From Nitrosopumilaceae archaeon (GTDB lineage Archaea > Thermoproteota > Nitrososphaeria > Nitrososphaerales > Nitrosopumilaceae), in the NCBI GenBank assembly GCA_965207375.1, contig OZ242274.1, forward strand, positions 1,216,001-1,280,000: a stretch of 64,000 nt of DNA, given 5' to 3'. Positions 1 to 10,230 of this stretch are shown here, piece by piece. A model generated the notes under the pieces. That model was not told the origin of the DNA. It searched no databases and saw only the letters and a program-made list of their open reading frames with translations. The number at the start of each line of letters is the position of its first letter. The first letter of the stretch is position 1. The translations under genes were made by a program, and so were the position numbers.

Positions 1-1984
1 TTTTGTAAAAGTTTTCATTTAGAGCTTTTAACAGTATGTCATTTACAAGAGTGGATTTGCCAGAACCTGAAACTCCTGTAACTGCAACAAACAGTCCGAG
101 GGGAAACTCGACATTTATGTTTTTTAAATTATTTTGAGCTGCCCCCTTGACTGTAATGAACCCTTGCTTGTTTCTTGTTTTGTTTTCTAGCCGTATCAGA
201 GAACTGTCTTTGAGATATTTGCCAGTAACTGAAGAGTTCCCTGTTAAGATGTTTTTTATCGTACCTTCAAAGACTATGCTGCCCCCGTGTATGCCTGCAC
301 CGCGGCCCAAATCTATTATCCAGTCCGAATTTCGTATTATTTCCTCGTCATGCTCTACAACAATTACGGTATTTCCTAGATTTCGCAGCTTGTTTAGTGT
401 CTTTATCAATCTTGCATTGTCGCGTTGATGCAGTCCAATTGTTGGCTCGTCTAAAACATATAACACTCCTGTGAGATTAGAACCAATCTGAGTTGCTAGC
501 CTGATTCTCTGAGATTCGCCTCCAGACAGTGTGGCACTTGCTCGATTAAGTGTCAGATAATTTAGCCCAACATTTTTTAAAAATTCTAGTCTTTCTTTGA
601 TCTCTTTGAGAACGTCTCGTGCTATGTATTGTTCTGTTTCATTTAATTTCAAGGTAGAAAAAAAATCATAACAGTCATCAATTGATAGATCACATGACTC
701 CATAATGTTTTTGTCGTTGATTTTGACTGCTAGAGCCTCTGGCCTAAGCTTTTTACCATCGCACTCCTTGCAGGGCGTATCACTCATGAACTGTTTTAGC
801 CATTCGCGTTTTGATTCAGATTCTGTTTCTAAAAACTTTCTTTGCAGATTTTCAAGCACACCTTCAAACGCATCTGTGTACTGCCAAGCAGAATCTCCAG
901 ACTTTGATTTGTAATTAAAATCAATCAAGGTTTCTGTTCCGTACAGTATGATATTTTGATTCTTTTTGCTTAGTTTGTTTATCGGCGTCAGCAAATCAAA
1001 TCCAAACGTCTTGCCTACTGCTCGCAGTGACTGCCGCTTAAACGAGGAAAACCGTCCACTCCATGGGACAATGGCCCCATCAAGAATTGTTTTTGTCTTG
1101 TCTGGAATGACTAGGTCTGCATCAAACTCTAATTTTATTCCCAAGCCGTTGCATGCCTTGCACATTCCAAACGGCGAGTTAAATGAAAAGGTCCTAGGCT
1201 CTAGCTCTCCTATGCTTATTCCGCAGTGAGGACATGCATTATTTTGGGAAAAGACTCTGTCATTTTTTTCAGCAGATATCATTACATCCCCTTTTGCAGC
1301 CTTGAGTGCAGTCTGGATTGCTTCAAACAGACGTGAGCGTTGTGATTTTTGTACACCTAATCTGTCAACTATAATCTCAATGTTGTGCCATTTTTGCTTG
1401 TCAAGGGCTACAATGTCTTCTAGTAGAATAATTTCTCCGTCTAGTCTGATCCTAGAATAGCCGTCCTTTTTTATCTGCTCAAACAGCTTTTCATAGGTTC
1501 CTTTTTTGTGTTGTATTACTGGTGCCAAAACTAGAATTTTTGCACCAGAAAATTCCTTGAGTATCGTGTCGCAAATTGTATCTATTGACTGACTGGAAAT
1601 TTTTCTGCCACAATTGGCACAATGTGGAATTCCAATCCTTGCATAAAGCAACCTGAGATAATCGTAAATCTCTGTGGTGGTGCCTACTGTGGAGCGGGGA
1701 TTCTTGCTGGTAGTTTTTTGCTGAATTGAGATGGCAGGGGAGAGGCCCTCGATGGAATCAACATCTGGCTTGTCCATCATTTCTAAAAACTGTCTAGCAT
1801 AGGCAGACAGTGATTCTACATAGCGCCTTTGTCCTTCGGCATATATTGTATCAAAGGCTAGTGTTGATTTTCCAGAACCTGACAGTCCACTAATTACAAC
1901 GAGCTGATTTTTTGGAATGTTTACGTCTATGTTTTTTAAATTATGATGCCTTGCCCCGCGAATTTTTAGCTGTTCATTTTTCAT
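1..1984 (-). CDS. uvrA: Excinuclease ABC subunit A (runs off the window start)
   Basis: Manual translation from ATG at 1984: MKNEQLKIRGARHHNLKNIDV...GLSGSGKSTLAFDTIYAEGQRRY. Also contains LSGGE and LDEPT motifs and a second GVSGSGKS Walker A near position 60. Overlaps the uvrB stop. Confidence 0.97.
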   Translation of the reverse strand, partial: MKNEQLKIRGARHHNLKNIDVNIPKNQLVVISGLSGSGKSTLAFDTIYAEGQRRYVESLSAYARQFLEMMDKPDVDSIEGLSPAISIQQKTTSKNPRSTVGTTTEIYDYLRLLYARIGIPHCANCGRKISSQSIDTICDTILKEFSGAKILVLAPVIQHKKGTYEKLFEQIKKDGYSRIRLDGEIILLEDIVALDKQKWHNIEIIVDRLGVQKSQRSRLFEAIQTALKAAKGDVMISAEKNDRVFSQNNACPHCGISIGELEPRTFSFNSPFGMCKACNGLGIKLEFDADLVIPDKTKTILDGAIVPWSGRFSSFKRQSLRAVGKTFGFDLLTPINKLSKKNQNIILYGTETLIDFNYKSKSGDSAWQYTDAFEGVLENLQRKFLETESESKREWLKQFMSDTPCKECDGKKLRPEALAVKINDKNIMESCDLSIDDCYDFFSTLKLNETEQYIARDVLKEIKERLEFLKNVGLNYLTLNRASATLSGGESQRIRLATQIGSNLTGVLYVLDEPTIGLHQRDNARLIKTLNKLRNLGNTVIVVEHDEEIIRNSDWIIDLGRGAGIHGGSIVFEGTIKNILTGNSSVTGKYLKDSSLIRLENKTRNKQGFITVKGAAQNNLKNINVEFPLGLFVAVTGVSGSGKSTLVNDILLKALNENFYK

Positions 1985-3920
1985 CTTTTGACTCTATCTC
2001 CTTTTTAATTCTGCTTATTTTATCTCTGCATTGGATGGCTTTTTCAAAATCTAAATCTTCTGCATATTTTTTCATCAACGCATCTAACTCTATTATAGCA
2101 GTATTCAAATCGTGATGAGATTTGTGTTTTATGTCATCTAGTGTGGCAACCTGTTTTGGAATTGATTTGATGATGGTTTTTGGAATTATGTTGTGTCTAT
2201 CGTTGTATATGTTCTGCTTTTTTCTGCGTCTGTCAGTCTCCTCTATGGCAGACTTCATAGAGCCTGTAACTGTATCTGCATACATGATTACTGCACCGTT
2301 TGCATTTCTTGCGGCACGCCCAAAACTTTGAATCAAACTAGTATTGTTTCTCAAAAACCCCTCCTTGTCTGCATCAAGTATTGCAACAAGGGACACTTCT
2401 GGAATGTCTAGGCCCTCTCTTAACAGGTTGATTCCGACTAGGACATCAAACTCACCTAGGCGAAGCTGTCGTATCAACTCTGTCCTCTGTAGTCCCTCAA
2501 TCTCTGAATGCATGTATCTGACACGCACCTGTTTTTTTGCAAGATATTCTGCCAGGTCTTCGGCCATTCTTTTTGTCAGGGTAGTTACCAAGACCCGTTC
2601 ATCTTTTGTGACTCTTTTTTTAATCTCTTTAATCAAATCATCCATCTGGTTTTTTGTCTGCCTGATCTCAACTGTAGGATCAACTAATCCGGTAGGTCTG
2701 ATCAGCTGCTCTACGATATTTTTTGATAATTGCTTTTCATATTGACCAGGGGTGGCAGATGTAAAAATTGTATTTTGTATGTACTTTTCAAATTCCTCGT
2801 ATTTTAAGGGCCTGTTATCGTGCGCACTAGGTAGTCTAAAGCCATAATCGACTAGGTGTTTTTTTCTAGAAAAATCTCCCTTGTACATGCCGTGCAGTTG
2901 GGGCAGTGTAACATGAGACTCGTCAATGACTAGCAGATAGTCATTACCAAAAAAATCAATCAAACAAAATGCTTTTTCTCCGGGCCGTCGTCCATCAAAA
3001 TGTCTAGAATAGTTTTCAATTCCTGAACAGTATCCTAACTCTTCTATCATCTCAATGTCATATTTGGTTCTCATCTCTAGTCTCTGCCTTTCCAACTCGT
3101 TTAGCTGAGGCAGTCTTTGTGCAAGTTCTGCTTTTATTGATTTTAGGGCACGCTTGCGCACATCTTTGGCAATAAGATAGTGCTTTGCAGGAAAAATTCT
3201 AATCTGGGAGAGATTCTGCTTTTCCTTCAATGATACATGATCAAGAATGGATATCTTTTCAATGTCCTCATCAAACATGGAGATTCGAATCAAATCTTCT
3301 GAATAGGCAGGAACAATATCTATTGTGTCGCCTTTGACTCTAAAGTTTCCTGGTGCAATTTCTATATCATTTCTTTGATATCTTGCATTGATGAATTTTT
3401 TAATAATGTCATTTCGTTTGATTTTGTCATTTACTTTTACTGTAATTGCCATATCTTTCCAATCTACAGGATTACCAAGTGAGTAAATACAAGATACGGT
3501 AGCTACAACAATTGTAGGCTCGCCAGATAAAAGCATTGCAGTAGCCTCTAGCCGCATCTTTTCAATTTTTTCGTTAATCTGAGTGTCTTTTTCTATGTAT
3601 GTGTCAGTTTGCGGCAAGTAACTTTCTGGCTGATAATAGTCATAGTATGATACAAAATAACCTACATTGTTGTGTGGAAAAAACTGTTTTAACTCTGCGT
3701 ATAGTTGTGCTGCTAGTGTCTTGTTGTGAGATATTACTAGGGTGTTTTTTTTGGTTTGTGCAATGACGTTTGCTATAGAAAATGTTTTTCCACTTCCTGT
3801 AACTCCAAGTAGCGTTTGCACGTTTCTTTTTTTTACGCCGCGTATGAGTGAGTCAATAGCCTGAGGCTGATCTCCGGTGGGAGAAAAATCAGAAATCAAT
3901 TGAAATTTTGATTCAGGCAT
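1974..3920 (-). CDS. uvrB: Excinuclease ABC subunit B
   Basis: GDQPQAI, LGVTGSGKT, YYDYYQPE, DESH, GINLLREGLD motifs; C-terminal UVR domain. Confidence 0.98.
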   Translation of the reverse strand: MPESKFQLISDFSPTGDQPQAIDSLIRGVKKRNVQTLLGVTGSGKTFSIANVIAQTKKNTLVISHNKTLAAQLYAELKQFFPHNNVGYFVSYYDYYQPESYLPQTDTYIEKDTQINEKIEKMRLEATAMLLSGEPTIVVATVSCIYSLGNPVDWKDMAITVKVNDKIKRNDIIKKFINARYQRNDIEIAPGNFRVKGDTIDIVPAYSEDLIRISMFDEDIEKISILDHVSLKEKQNLSQIRIFPAKHYLIAKDVRKRALKSIKAELAQRLPQLNELERQRLEMRTKYDIEMIEELGYCSGIENYSRHFDGRRPGEKAFCLIDFFGNDYLLVIDESHVTLPQLHGMYKGDFSRKKHLVDYGFRLPSAHDNRPLKYEEFEKYIQNTIFTSATPGQYEKQLSKNIVEQLIRPTGLVDPTVEIRQTKNQMDDLIKEIKKRVTKDERVLVTTLTKRMAEDLAEYLAKKQVRVRYMHSEIEGLQRTELIRQLRLGEFDVLVGINLLREGLDIPEVSLVAILDADKEGFLRNNTSLIQSFGRAARNANGAVIMYADTVTGSMKSAIEETDRRRKKQNIYNDRHNIIPKTIIKSIPKQVATLDDIKHKSHHDLNTAIIELDALMKKYAEDLDFEKAIQCRDKISRIKKEIESKDEK

Positions 3921-4243
3921 AGTTTAAATTAAAAAAATTCAGCCCTTTTATTTCATTCTTAAGTTTGCAAATTTTTTCAGTTCTATTTTTTAGAAATAAG
4001 TTACCTGTCGTTAATTGATGAATTTTATAAAGTGCCATACTTGAATCAAATATAAAAATCATCGATTTGGAACTTTATGCACACGACTTAAAGTCAAAGT
4101 GTCAGCTTTCAATACTTTTTTAAAATTATTATACATGGTCTATATTGTCTAAACGACATATGTGTGATCTACAATCAAGTACTGAAATGTGGAAAAAAAT
4201 TATCTATTATTAACTAGGTTTGTTGTATAATTGGAGCAAATGA

Positions 4244-4481
4244 TCATGTGTCAAATACAATTCTAAATGCGTTCTCAAATTCTTCCATGCTCAAATTAAT
4301 CTTTTTTAATATTTCTTCAACATATGCATCACTCATATTGTTACTTTTCGAAAGCGTTACACATTGAATTACCCGTAGAGATAGTTAGGATATTATCAAT
4401 TCCCCATCTAATTTCAAAATGAAAATACTCTTTCATTATTGTTTGAAATTGATACCAATTATAATGTTTAGAATATGTCAT
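4244..4481 (-). pseudogene. HicA-like toxin, frameshifted
   Basis: ATG overlaps the stop of the upstream HicB-like gene (ATGA). The first frame reads MTYSKHYNWYQFQTIMKEYFHFEIRWG...; the shifted frame continues VTLSKSNNMSDAYVEEILKKINLSMEEFENAF, resembling the HicA C-terminal helix pair. Confidence 0.5.
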
Positions 4482-4687
4482 GCTGGAATCTCTATGGATA
4501 AAAGTTTCTTGACCGCTGTTGGATTGTGAATAAGACATGTCGTAACAGCCTTGACGATATCCTTTTGCATTTGCTCTTCTGTAGGGGATTCTACTACAAT
4601 GGGTAACTCTTCGACGATTCCTATAATTCCTTGTCCGCTGTCTTTTATAGTTACATATATGCTACCATTAATTGTAAATTCTGTCAT
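4478..4687 (-). CDS. HicB-like antitoxin
   Basis: 69 aa with GIVEELPIVVESPTEEQMQKDIVKAV, resembling the HicB partial RNase H fold; coupled to the HicA-like gene. Confidence 0.6.
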   Translation of the reverse strand: MTEFTINGSIYVTIKDSGQGIIGIVEELPIVVESPTEEQMQKDIVKAVTTCLIHNPTAVKKLLSIEIPA

Positions 4688-4748
4688 AGTACATTATTAC
4701 TAAAGTAATTTATTTAGTTTGTGTTCTACGGTTCGTAATCTTATGTGT

Positions 4749-4930
4749 CCTGATCAAGGAAATTAGATGATGGCACTAGTCCAAGTTCTACAAGATCCCA
4801 CTCAAGAAACAATGCAAACAAACACAAAACCGTAAAATTGAGAATATCTGTGGAACCTTGTTTTGTAGGTCTAGATGTTTCACAAAAATGCCATTCAAAC
4901 ATCTATCCTGGATGTAGACGGCAATGAACT
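4749..4930 (+). mobile_element. Remnant of a second IS110-like family (left end plus degenerate transposase N-terminus), copy 1
   Basis: Homologous to 38749-38990 on the minus strand (shared gatcaaggaaatt, atgcaaacaaacacaaaaccgtaaaattgag, tggaaccttgttttgt). Encodes EPCFVGLDV, a DEDD-transposase-like start. Confidence 0.6.
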
Positions 4931-5187
4931 AAGACATGATTCGTAATTAGATCTGGACACAGATTTTTGCTCTTGTTAGGCGTGGTTTTCTAATCTCGAA
5001 TCACCTATAACATGTTGTTTTGAAATTATGACGATTCTTGACACAAATTTTTGTCATTATCAAAAACAGATAAAAATTCAGGAGTGATGATAATCTTCAA
5101 AATTTCTACTAGTCAATAAAATAGGACCGTATCCAATCCTTAAATGTCGATAAAATCCTTAAAATAGGATTATTAGATGCTAAAACC

Positions 5188-5799
5188 ATGACACAACATG
5201 TATCATTTCGTTCAACTGTGGCATATCCACAACTATACTACATGTTAGAGCACGGAGATTTTAAACAACGACAGATGGCACGAGACTTGGACATACCGCA
5301 CGGTTTACGAGTCAGTGGATTTGTAAACTGGTTGATATCTCTAAAATTTGTTGAAAAGGTACGAAATAGAAAACACGGATTAAACGTCTATAGGGTAGTT
5401 TCCCCGTTATCGTTAATCAAATTTTATAGCAACTTTCGAAAAATGGAAAAATACAAAATAACTAGGGACTGGGGAGTTGATAGAAACAAAGTCATCAAAT
5501 ATCTTAAAGATCAGGGCGTAGTTTTTTGCCTGACTACTGCACTAGAGCATTACACTGACTATGTCCGTGATCCTATGATTAATGTTTATGTAAAACAAGA
5601 TTTTTGGAACGAGATGCAAAAAAAGGAAACATCAGGAACAGTACGTGTCAACATGTATCCGTTTGATTCCTTTTGTCAGGACAACAGTATTGAAAAGGAT
5701 GGTTTGAGGATCACTACAAAGCTTAGAACTTTGATAGACCTATACTGTGATGACAAAGCATACACTGTAGAGCCTTTAATAAAGCAATTATGGCCATAG
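5188..5799 (+). CDS. wHTH + AbiEi-like (type IV TA) antitoxin / transcriptional regulator
   Basis: N-terminal HTH (QRQMARDLDI); C-terminal GLRITTKLRTLIDLY motif typical of AbiEi-like proteins; overlaps the downstream nucleotidyltransferase. Confidence 0.65.
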   Translation: MTQHVSFRSTVAYPQLYYMLEHGDFKQRQMARDLDIPHGLRVSGFVNWLISLKFVEKVRNRKHGLNVYRVVSPLSLIKFYSNFRKMEKYKITRDWGVDRNKVIKYLKDQGVVFCLTTALEHYTDYVRDPMINVYVKQDFWNEMQKKETSGTVRVNMYPFDSFCQDNSIEKDGLRITTKLRTLIDLYCDDKAYTVEPLIKQLWP

Positions 5800-6539
5800 A
5801 GGGAGACAGGTATGTGCCTGAGCTGACAAGCAAGAGTAAGGCGGAGTTGCAAAGATTTGCAAAATGGTTTAACATCAATCAGGGTGGTAGTTGGCCTACG
5901 GTAATAGGAGGATGGGCGGTGTGGTCATATAACGACCAAGGATTTGGATCACGTGATATTGATTTGATTCTTCCCTCAGACAAGTGGATTGAAGATATGA
6001 TGATTAAAACATATTTTCCTGCAAGTGGTTTTCAACAATATAAAATAGGTGACCCAGTTTTTGGCGAACCACATTATGGCAAACAGGTAGATGATGACAT
6101 TATCTTTTTTGATTTGATTTCGGCAGAAACTTGTAGGAATGACTCTGTCAATATGGGTGTAACTGTGGATTGGAACTGGGTTTATGATGATCAGCAGGTA
6201 CGATCCATTGGATGTGATGCATCAATCAATGTACCTTCATTGGAGATGCTCATAACATTGAAGATAATTGGTTGCATATCAAGACGCAGGAATATGATAA
6301 GAGCTGATGATGTGTCATACTTTATGTCTAAAATTTGGAAGGACTGTTATGATATTGCAAACTTGACAAACCATTTGTTTCCGGATGGTAAAAAACTGCG
6401 GTATCATTTTGCAAGAACCGGCCTAAATAAGACGTTGATTCAAGAATTTTTGGAAATTTGTGATGGACAAAAAAGTGCACTAGAGGCGGGCAACTCAAAA
6501 GCAGAGCCATTAGAGGATTTACTTGATTTGTTAAAGTGA
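5790..6539 (+). CDS. Pol-beta-superfamily nucleotidyltransferase (AbiEii-like toxin)
   Basis: VIGGWAV...GSRDIDL motif, later LITLKI and KDCYDI motifs. Confidence 0.7.
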   Translation: MAIEGDRYVPELTSKSKAELQRFAKWFNINQGGSWPTVIGGWAVWSYNDQGFGSRDIDLILPSDKWIEDMMIKTYFPASGFQQYKIGDPVFGEPHYGKQVDDDIIFFDLISAETCRNDSVNMGVTVDWNWVYDDQQVRSIGCDASINVPSLEMLITLKIIGCISRRRNMIRADDVSYFMSKIWKDCYDIANLTNHLFPDGKKLRYHFARTGLNKTLIQEFLEICDGQKSALEAGNSKAEPLEDLLDLLK

Positions 6540-7040
6540 TAATTAGACAAATTAGGGCATTGCAGGCATAAATTTGAACTTTACAATTTGTGGATGATGC
6601 AATTGCTAATTTACTAGTGTCAAGACAATGCTCTGGATTTTTGTCTCTTTTATGATGTATCAAATTCGTGCCTAAAGTCATCATTATTTTTACAATGTTA
6701 ACACTAATTTTGACAATGTTTTACAACTTTTTGTAAAACCACAGGTTAGTCATTAAACACATGTCAAATTATTAAACACAATTTCAAACTTACTATATTA
6801 TTCTATATTGATTTTCCCCCTTGATCCTGTTTTTATAGATTTTGCAAATGCTGATGACTTTGCACTTTTTGATTTGAACATGTATGTATTTGTTCGTTAA
6901 TTTACACAAATCACTATAACTTGCATATTTTGTAATATTTGTAAAATACCAAAACATGTAGATTGTGCAATTCAATTTAGAGGTCAAGCACTTTGTAAAT
7001 TTGACTCGTTATGAATCATTTAAATTTTAAACAATACTGT

Positions 7041-7676
7041 TTACCATACTGGCTCATCTATCATCTTGAGGCCTTGAGGGGTTATCTCAAAGCCCATGAT
7101 ATGAAGTGTCTCCTTTGCAGTAGGTGTATTTCGGTTTTTGATTTTTTGTGCAAGATCCATGCGTTCGTTTTGCCTCATATGTTGGCCGATTTTGTATTTT
7201 CCATGAATGCTTTGTGCAAGTATCTTGATTACTGCTACGTGATTTAAAACATCCATTTTGTGATGTAATGGTTCATATCTTCCTTCGGGCTGATATTTTT
7301 GCATAAGTGCATTTAGTGCAAGAGCCTTTTCTTGAGGATCCTGCACTAGTATCGATCTTCCTTTGATTACAACACTGATGTAAAGTGTGTCAGCTAAAGA
7401 TGCATCGGTGGGGCTAGAAAAGTAAGATGGCAAAAATTCAAGCTCCCTATCCACCTCAAAACCTGATTTTGGATTTACCTTCATGTTTTCTAGTTTCTCA
7501 CCCCTTGTATGGGAGTGCATGTAAATTGCATTGTTAAAAAAGACAAAATTCATTGGAATGATCTGAGGATAACCGTTTGAATCAATGGTTGCAATTCTTC
7601 CAACATGTTCATGGTTTAAAAATTCGATGATTTTTTTGCTGGATTGGATTTGTAGGCGCCCTACTAGCTGCATCAA
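7041..7676 (-). CDS. Pyridoxamine 5'-phosphate oxidase-like flavin-binding protein
   Basis: VGRIATID-NGYPQIIPMNF, YMHS..GEKLEN split-barrel motifs. Confidence 0.88.
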   Translation of the reverse strand: MMQLVGRLQIQSSKKIIEFLNHEHVGRIATIDSNGYPQIIPMNFVFFNNAIYMHSHTRGEKLENMKVNPKSGFEVDRELEFLPSYFSSPTDASLADTLYISVVIKGRSILVQDPQEKALALNALMQKYQPEGRYEPLHHKMDVLNHVAVIKILAQSIHGKYKIGQHMRQNERMDLAQKIKNRNTPTAKETLHIMGFEITPQGLKMIDEPVW

Positions 7677-7703
7677 GTAAAGGTGGCAATCATGGTATAA
7701 AAA

Positions 7704-7967
7704 TCAAGAATCCGATTCAGACTGCCGTCTCAAAAAGTCACGCTCTGCCTTTTTGATTTTAGCATTTTTTGCAACATCTTCACCCATATCCATTAACTCA
7801 TACAGGCCGACATCTGCTACTAGTTCATCTTCGCCTTCTTCATCTAAATCATACTCGACATCAGTTAAAATCTCGATATTTTCATCTAGCATGTCTAGGC
7901 ATTTTGTAAGGTCTTCTTTGAAATCCTCAGAGTCCATTATTGTTATCTTGTGTAATTTGTTTTTCAA
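7704..7967 (-). CDS. Small acidic hypothetical protein (start may be ATG at 7937)
   Basis: Open frame in line with neighbours, D/E-rich. Confidence 0.55.
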   Translation of the reverse strand: MKNKLHKITIMDSEDFKEDLTKCLDMLDENIEILTDVEYDLDEEGEDELVADVGLYELMDMGEDVAKNAKIKKAERDFLRRQSESDS

Positions 7968-7968
7968 A

Positions 7969-9066
7969 TTAGAGGTTCATTTCTTTTGCTTTTTGACGCA
8001 AATGTGGCATTACATGTGTAGCAAATTTGTCAATAGAACCAAAATAGTTTTTGCCCCAGAACCTGATTACAAAGTGGTTTACTCCTGCCTTCATGAATCG
8101 CTCAAATGTTGGGATCATATCATCAGGCGTACCTACTGCTGTAGATGATCTTGCAATGGATTCTGGAATCTTAGTGGCAGCCTCTCTCATCTTTACTATC
8201 CAATCCTGATTTGACATTGAATACTCTGTAAAGTATTTGACAAAATCAAAGCCCTCGATTTCTTTTAGCTGGTGAACTCGGAGAATCTCTGGTTTGAACA
8301 GGCTGACCTTTACTGCCTCTTTCATTCTAGCCCAAGACGCTTCTGCATCCTCAGAAAAATAGACATCAATATCTAATGCAAATTGGAATTTGTCCTTTTC
8401 TTCTTGTGTTCGTTGATACTTGTTCATAGAATCTTGGATCTGTTTTTTATGATCTTCAAATAATTCTGGAGTGTATCCAATTGGTAGCCAGCCTTCGCCA
8501 AGCTTTCCAGTCAATGCCAATGTTCTTTTGCCCCCTGATGCCATGTATGTGGGTGGATGGGGTTTTCTAATTGAAGGTGCCTGTAGGCATGCGCCTTTTA
8601 GTTTGTAGTACTTGCCCTCGTAATCTACTGTATTATCTGGCGTTGATTTGTACAGTGTTTTGATAAGCTCAATTTGTTCTGCCCACTTTGAAACGGGTTT
8701 CTCAAATGGTATGCAAAACTCTTTTAGATTCTGCGCCTCTCCTGCACCAATTCCTAAAATTGCTCTGCCCTTAGAAACTCTGTCTAGGGTAATTGCTGCA
8801 AGTGCAATGTTTGATGGATGGCGTCTGATGGCATCTGTAACACACGTTCCTAATTCCACGTTGTTTGTAACTGCTGCAATGGCAGATAGCATGACCCACG
8901 GGTCTAGCACTGTGGCATTTTTCCATTGTGGCACATTTGTATGATCCATATAGAAGATAGAATCATATCCTGTTTTGTCAGCTAACATGCAGGCAGTCAA
9001 TATCTGATCTTCTGTATATCCTGCTCTTGCAACATTGAGACCATTTTGAATTCCAAATTTTATCAT
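7969..9066 (-). CDS. LLM-class (luciferase-like, probably F420-dependent) oxidoreductase
   Basis: Start trimmed to MIKFGIQNG; GYDSIFYMDH, LDPWVMLSAIAA, LDRVSKGRAILGIGAG motifs. Confidence 0.92.
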   Translation of the reverse strand: MIKFGIQNGLNVARAGYTEDQILTACMLADKTGYDSIFYMDHTNVPQWKNATVLDPWVMLSAIAAVTNNVELGTCVTDAIRRHPSNIALAAITLDRVSKGRAILGIGAGEAQNLKEFCIPFEKPVSKWAEQIELIKTLYKSTPDNTVDYEGKYYKLKGACLQAPSIRKPHPPTYMASGGKRTLALTGKLGEGWLPIGYTPELFEDHKKQIQDSMNKYQRTQEEKDKFQFALDIDVYFSEDAEASWARMKEAVKVSLFKPEILRVHQLKEIEGFDFVKYFTEYSMSNQDWIVKMREAATKIPESIARSSTAVGTPDDMIPTFERFMKAGVNHFVIRFWGKNYFGSIDKFATHVMPHLRQKAKEMNL

Positions 9067-9242
9067 GATTGCCCTTACCTTTTGTTGATATGTACTGTGC
9101 ATAAATAAGTTTAATCTAGATTTTTGTGACTGTGGTTTTGTTTGTACTTGCATGATCCGAATATCGCAAAAAGTGCAATTATCTGAAAAAACACTATTCA
9201 TCTGTATTGCTGCATTTGCAAAAAACAAAAAGGGAAAAAGGA

Positions 9243-10187
9243 TTACAAATTTCCTGCTTTGATGTCTTTGAGACACTTTACGACATCTTCTTTGGCAATT
9301 GGAATCGGATTTGGATCTAGGTGACCTTTATCTGTCATGACTATGTCTGCTGCCTCATCTGGGTCTGCCTTGAGTTCAAGTCTGTCAAATCCTAACTTTT
9401 CCATGCATTCTTTGAATTTGTCATAGAAAATTGACTTGTTATGTTTGTGTGCAACTGTTGTACACGAAGACAAAGAGTATCCGTGTGGCACGCCCTCATT
9501 TGAGAACACATATGATAATGCATGTCCTAATGTGGTAGAACAGTTACCAAATCCCATTCCGGACAACATAGAACCATACGGATAGTTTTCTGGCTTGTCA
9601 TTGATAATTGCATCATAAAGAATTTCAAATGCCTGTTTGCAAAGTGTTTTTGTCAGGTCGTTGCCTAGTTTGCTATCATAGCCTTCAGTAGCTTGAGCGC
9701 ATGCATCACAGACGGAGTTTTTGATTACCTGTTCTGGTGTTCCGTCCATAAAGTACGAGTCAACAACTGCCATGTCGGCTAGGAATTTGTCTTCTCTTAG
9801 TAGTTTCTTTTTGCCATCAAATTTTAAGACGCAATAAGTTGTCATTTCTGCCCCTGTGCCAAAGGTTGTAGGAATAAGGATTTTTTCCTTGCCCATTTCT
9901 GGTGCTGCGTATTTTACAACGTCCATGGAACTTCCACCACCTAATCCGATTAGTACAGACGGGTTTTTGTCCTTGAATTGTGAAATCACAGAATTGACGT
10001 CATCAATTGATGGTTCTGGTTTTACTTGGTCATATAACATATAGTCATTAATGCCCATTTTTGCCAACCACTTGTCAGATAATTCTGGCGGAACAGTTGT
10101 AACTATTAGGGCATTTTTTGGATATTCTGTTTGACCTAGTGCGTTTTCTCCAAAGTTGATAACCTTTGGAATGCGTACTGTGTGCAT
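9243..10187 (-). CDS. Iron-containing alcohol dehydrogenase; likely malonic semialdehyde reductase of the 3HP/4HB carbon-fixation cycle
   Basis: Start trimmed to MHTVRIPK; GLGGGSSMD, IPTTFGTGAE, GHALS, VPHG motifs. The specific function is inferred from recalled similarity and context to Nitrosopumilus Nmar_1110, not verified. Confidence 0.85.
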   Translation of the reverse strand: MHTVRIPKVINFGENALGQTEYPKNALIVTTVPPELSDKWLAKMGINDYMLYDQVKPEPSIDDVNSVISQFKDKNPSVLIGLGGGSSMDVVKYAAPEMGKEKILIPTTFGTGAEMTTYCVLKFDGKKKLLREDKFLADMAVVDSYFMDGTPEQVIKNSVCDACAQATEGYDSKLGNDLTKTLCKQAFEILYDAIINDKPENYPYGSMLSGMGFGNCSTTLGHALSYVFSNEGVPHGYSLSSCTTVAHKHNKSIFYDKFKECMEKLGFDRLELKADPDEAADIVMTDKGHLDPNPIPIAKEDVVKCLKDIKAGNL

Positions 10188-10230
10188 GGATATTGACCCT
10201 AATTGATTATTATTATATCTTACAAAATTA

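Noticed and set aside
147-2745. Several plus-strand ORFs over uvrA/uvrB
   Set aside because: Antisense shadows with no recognisable motifs
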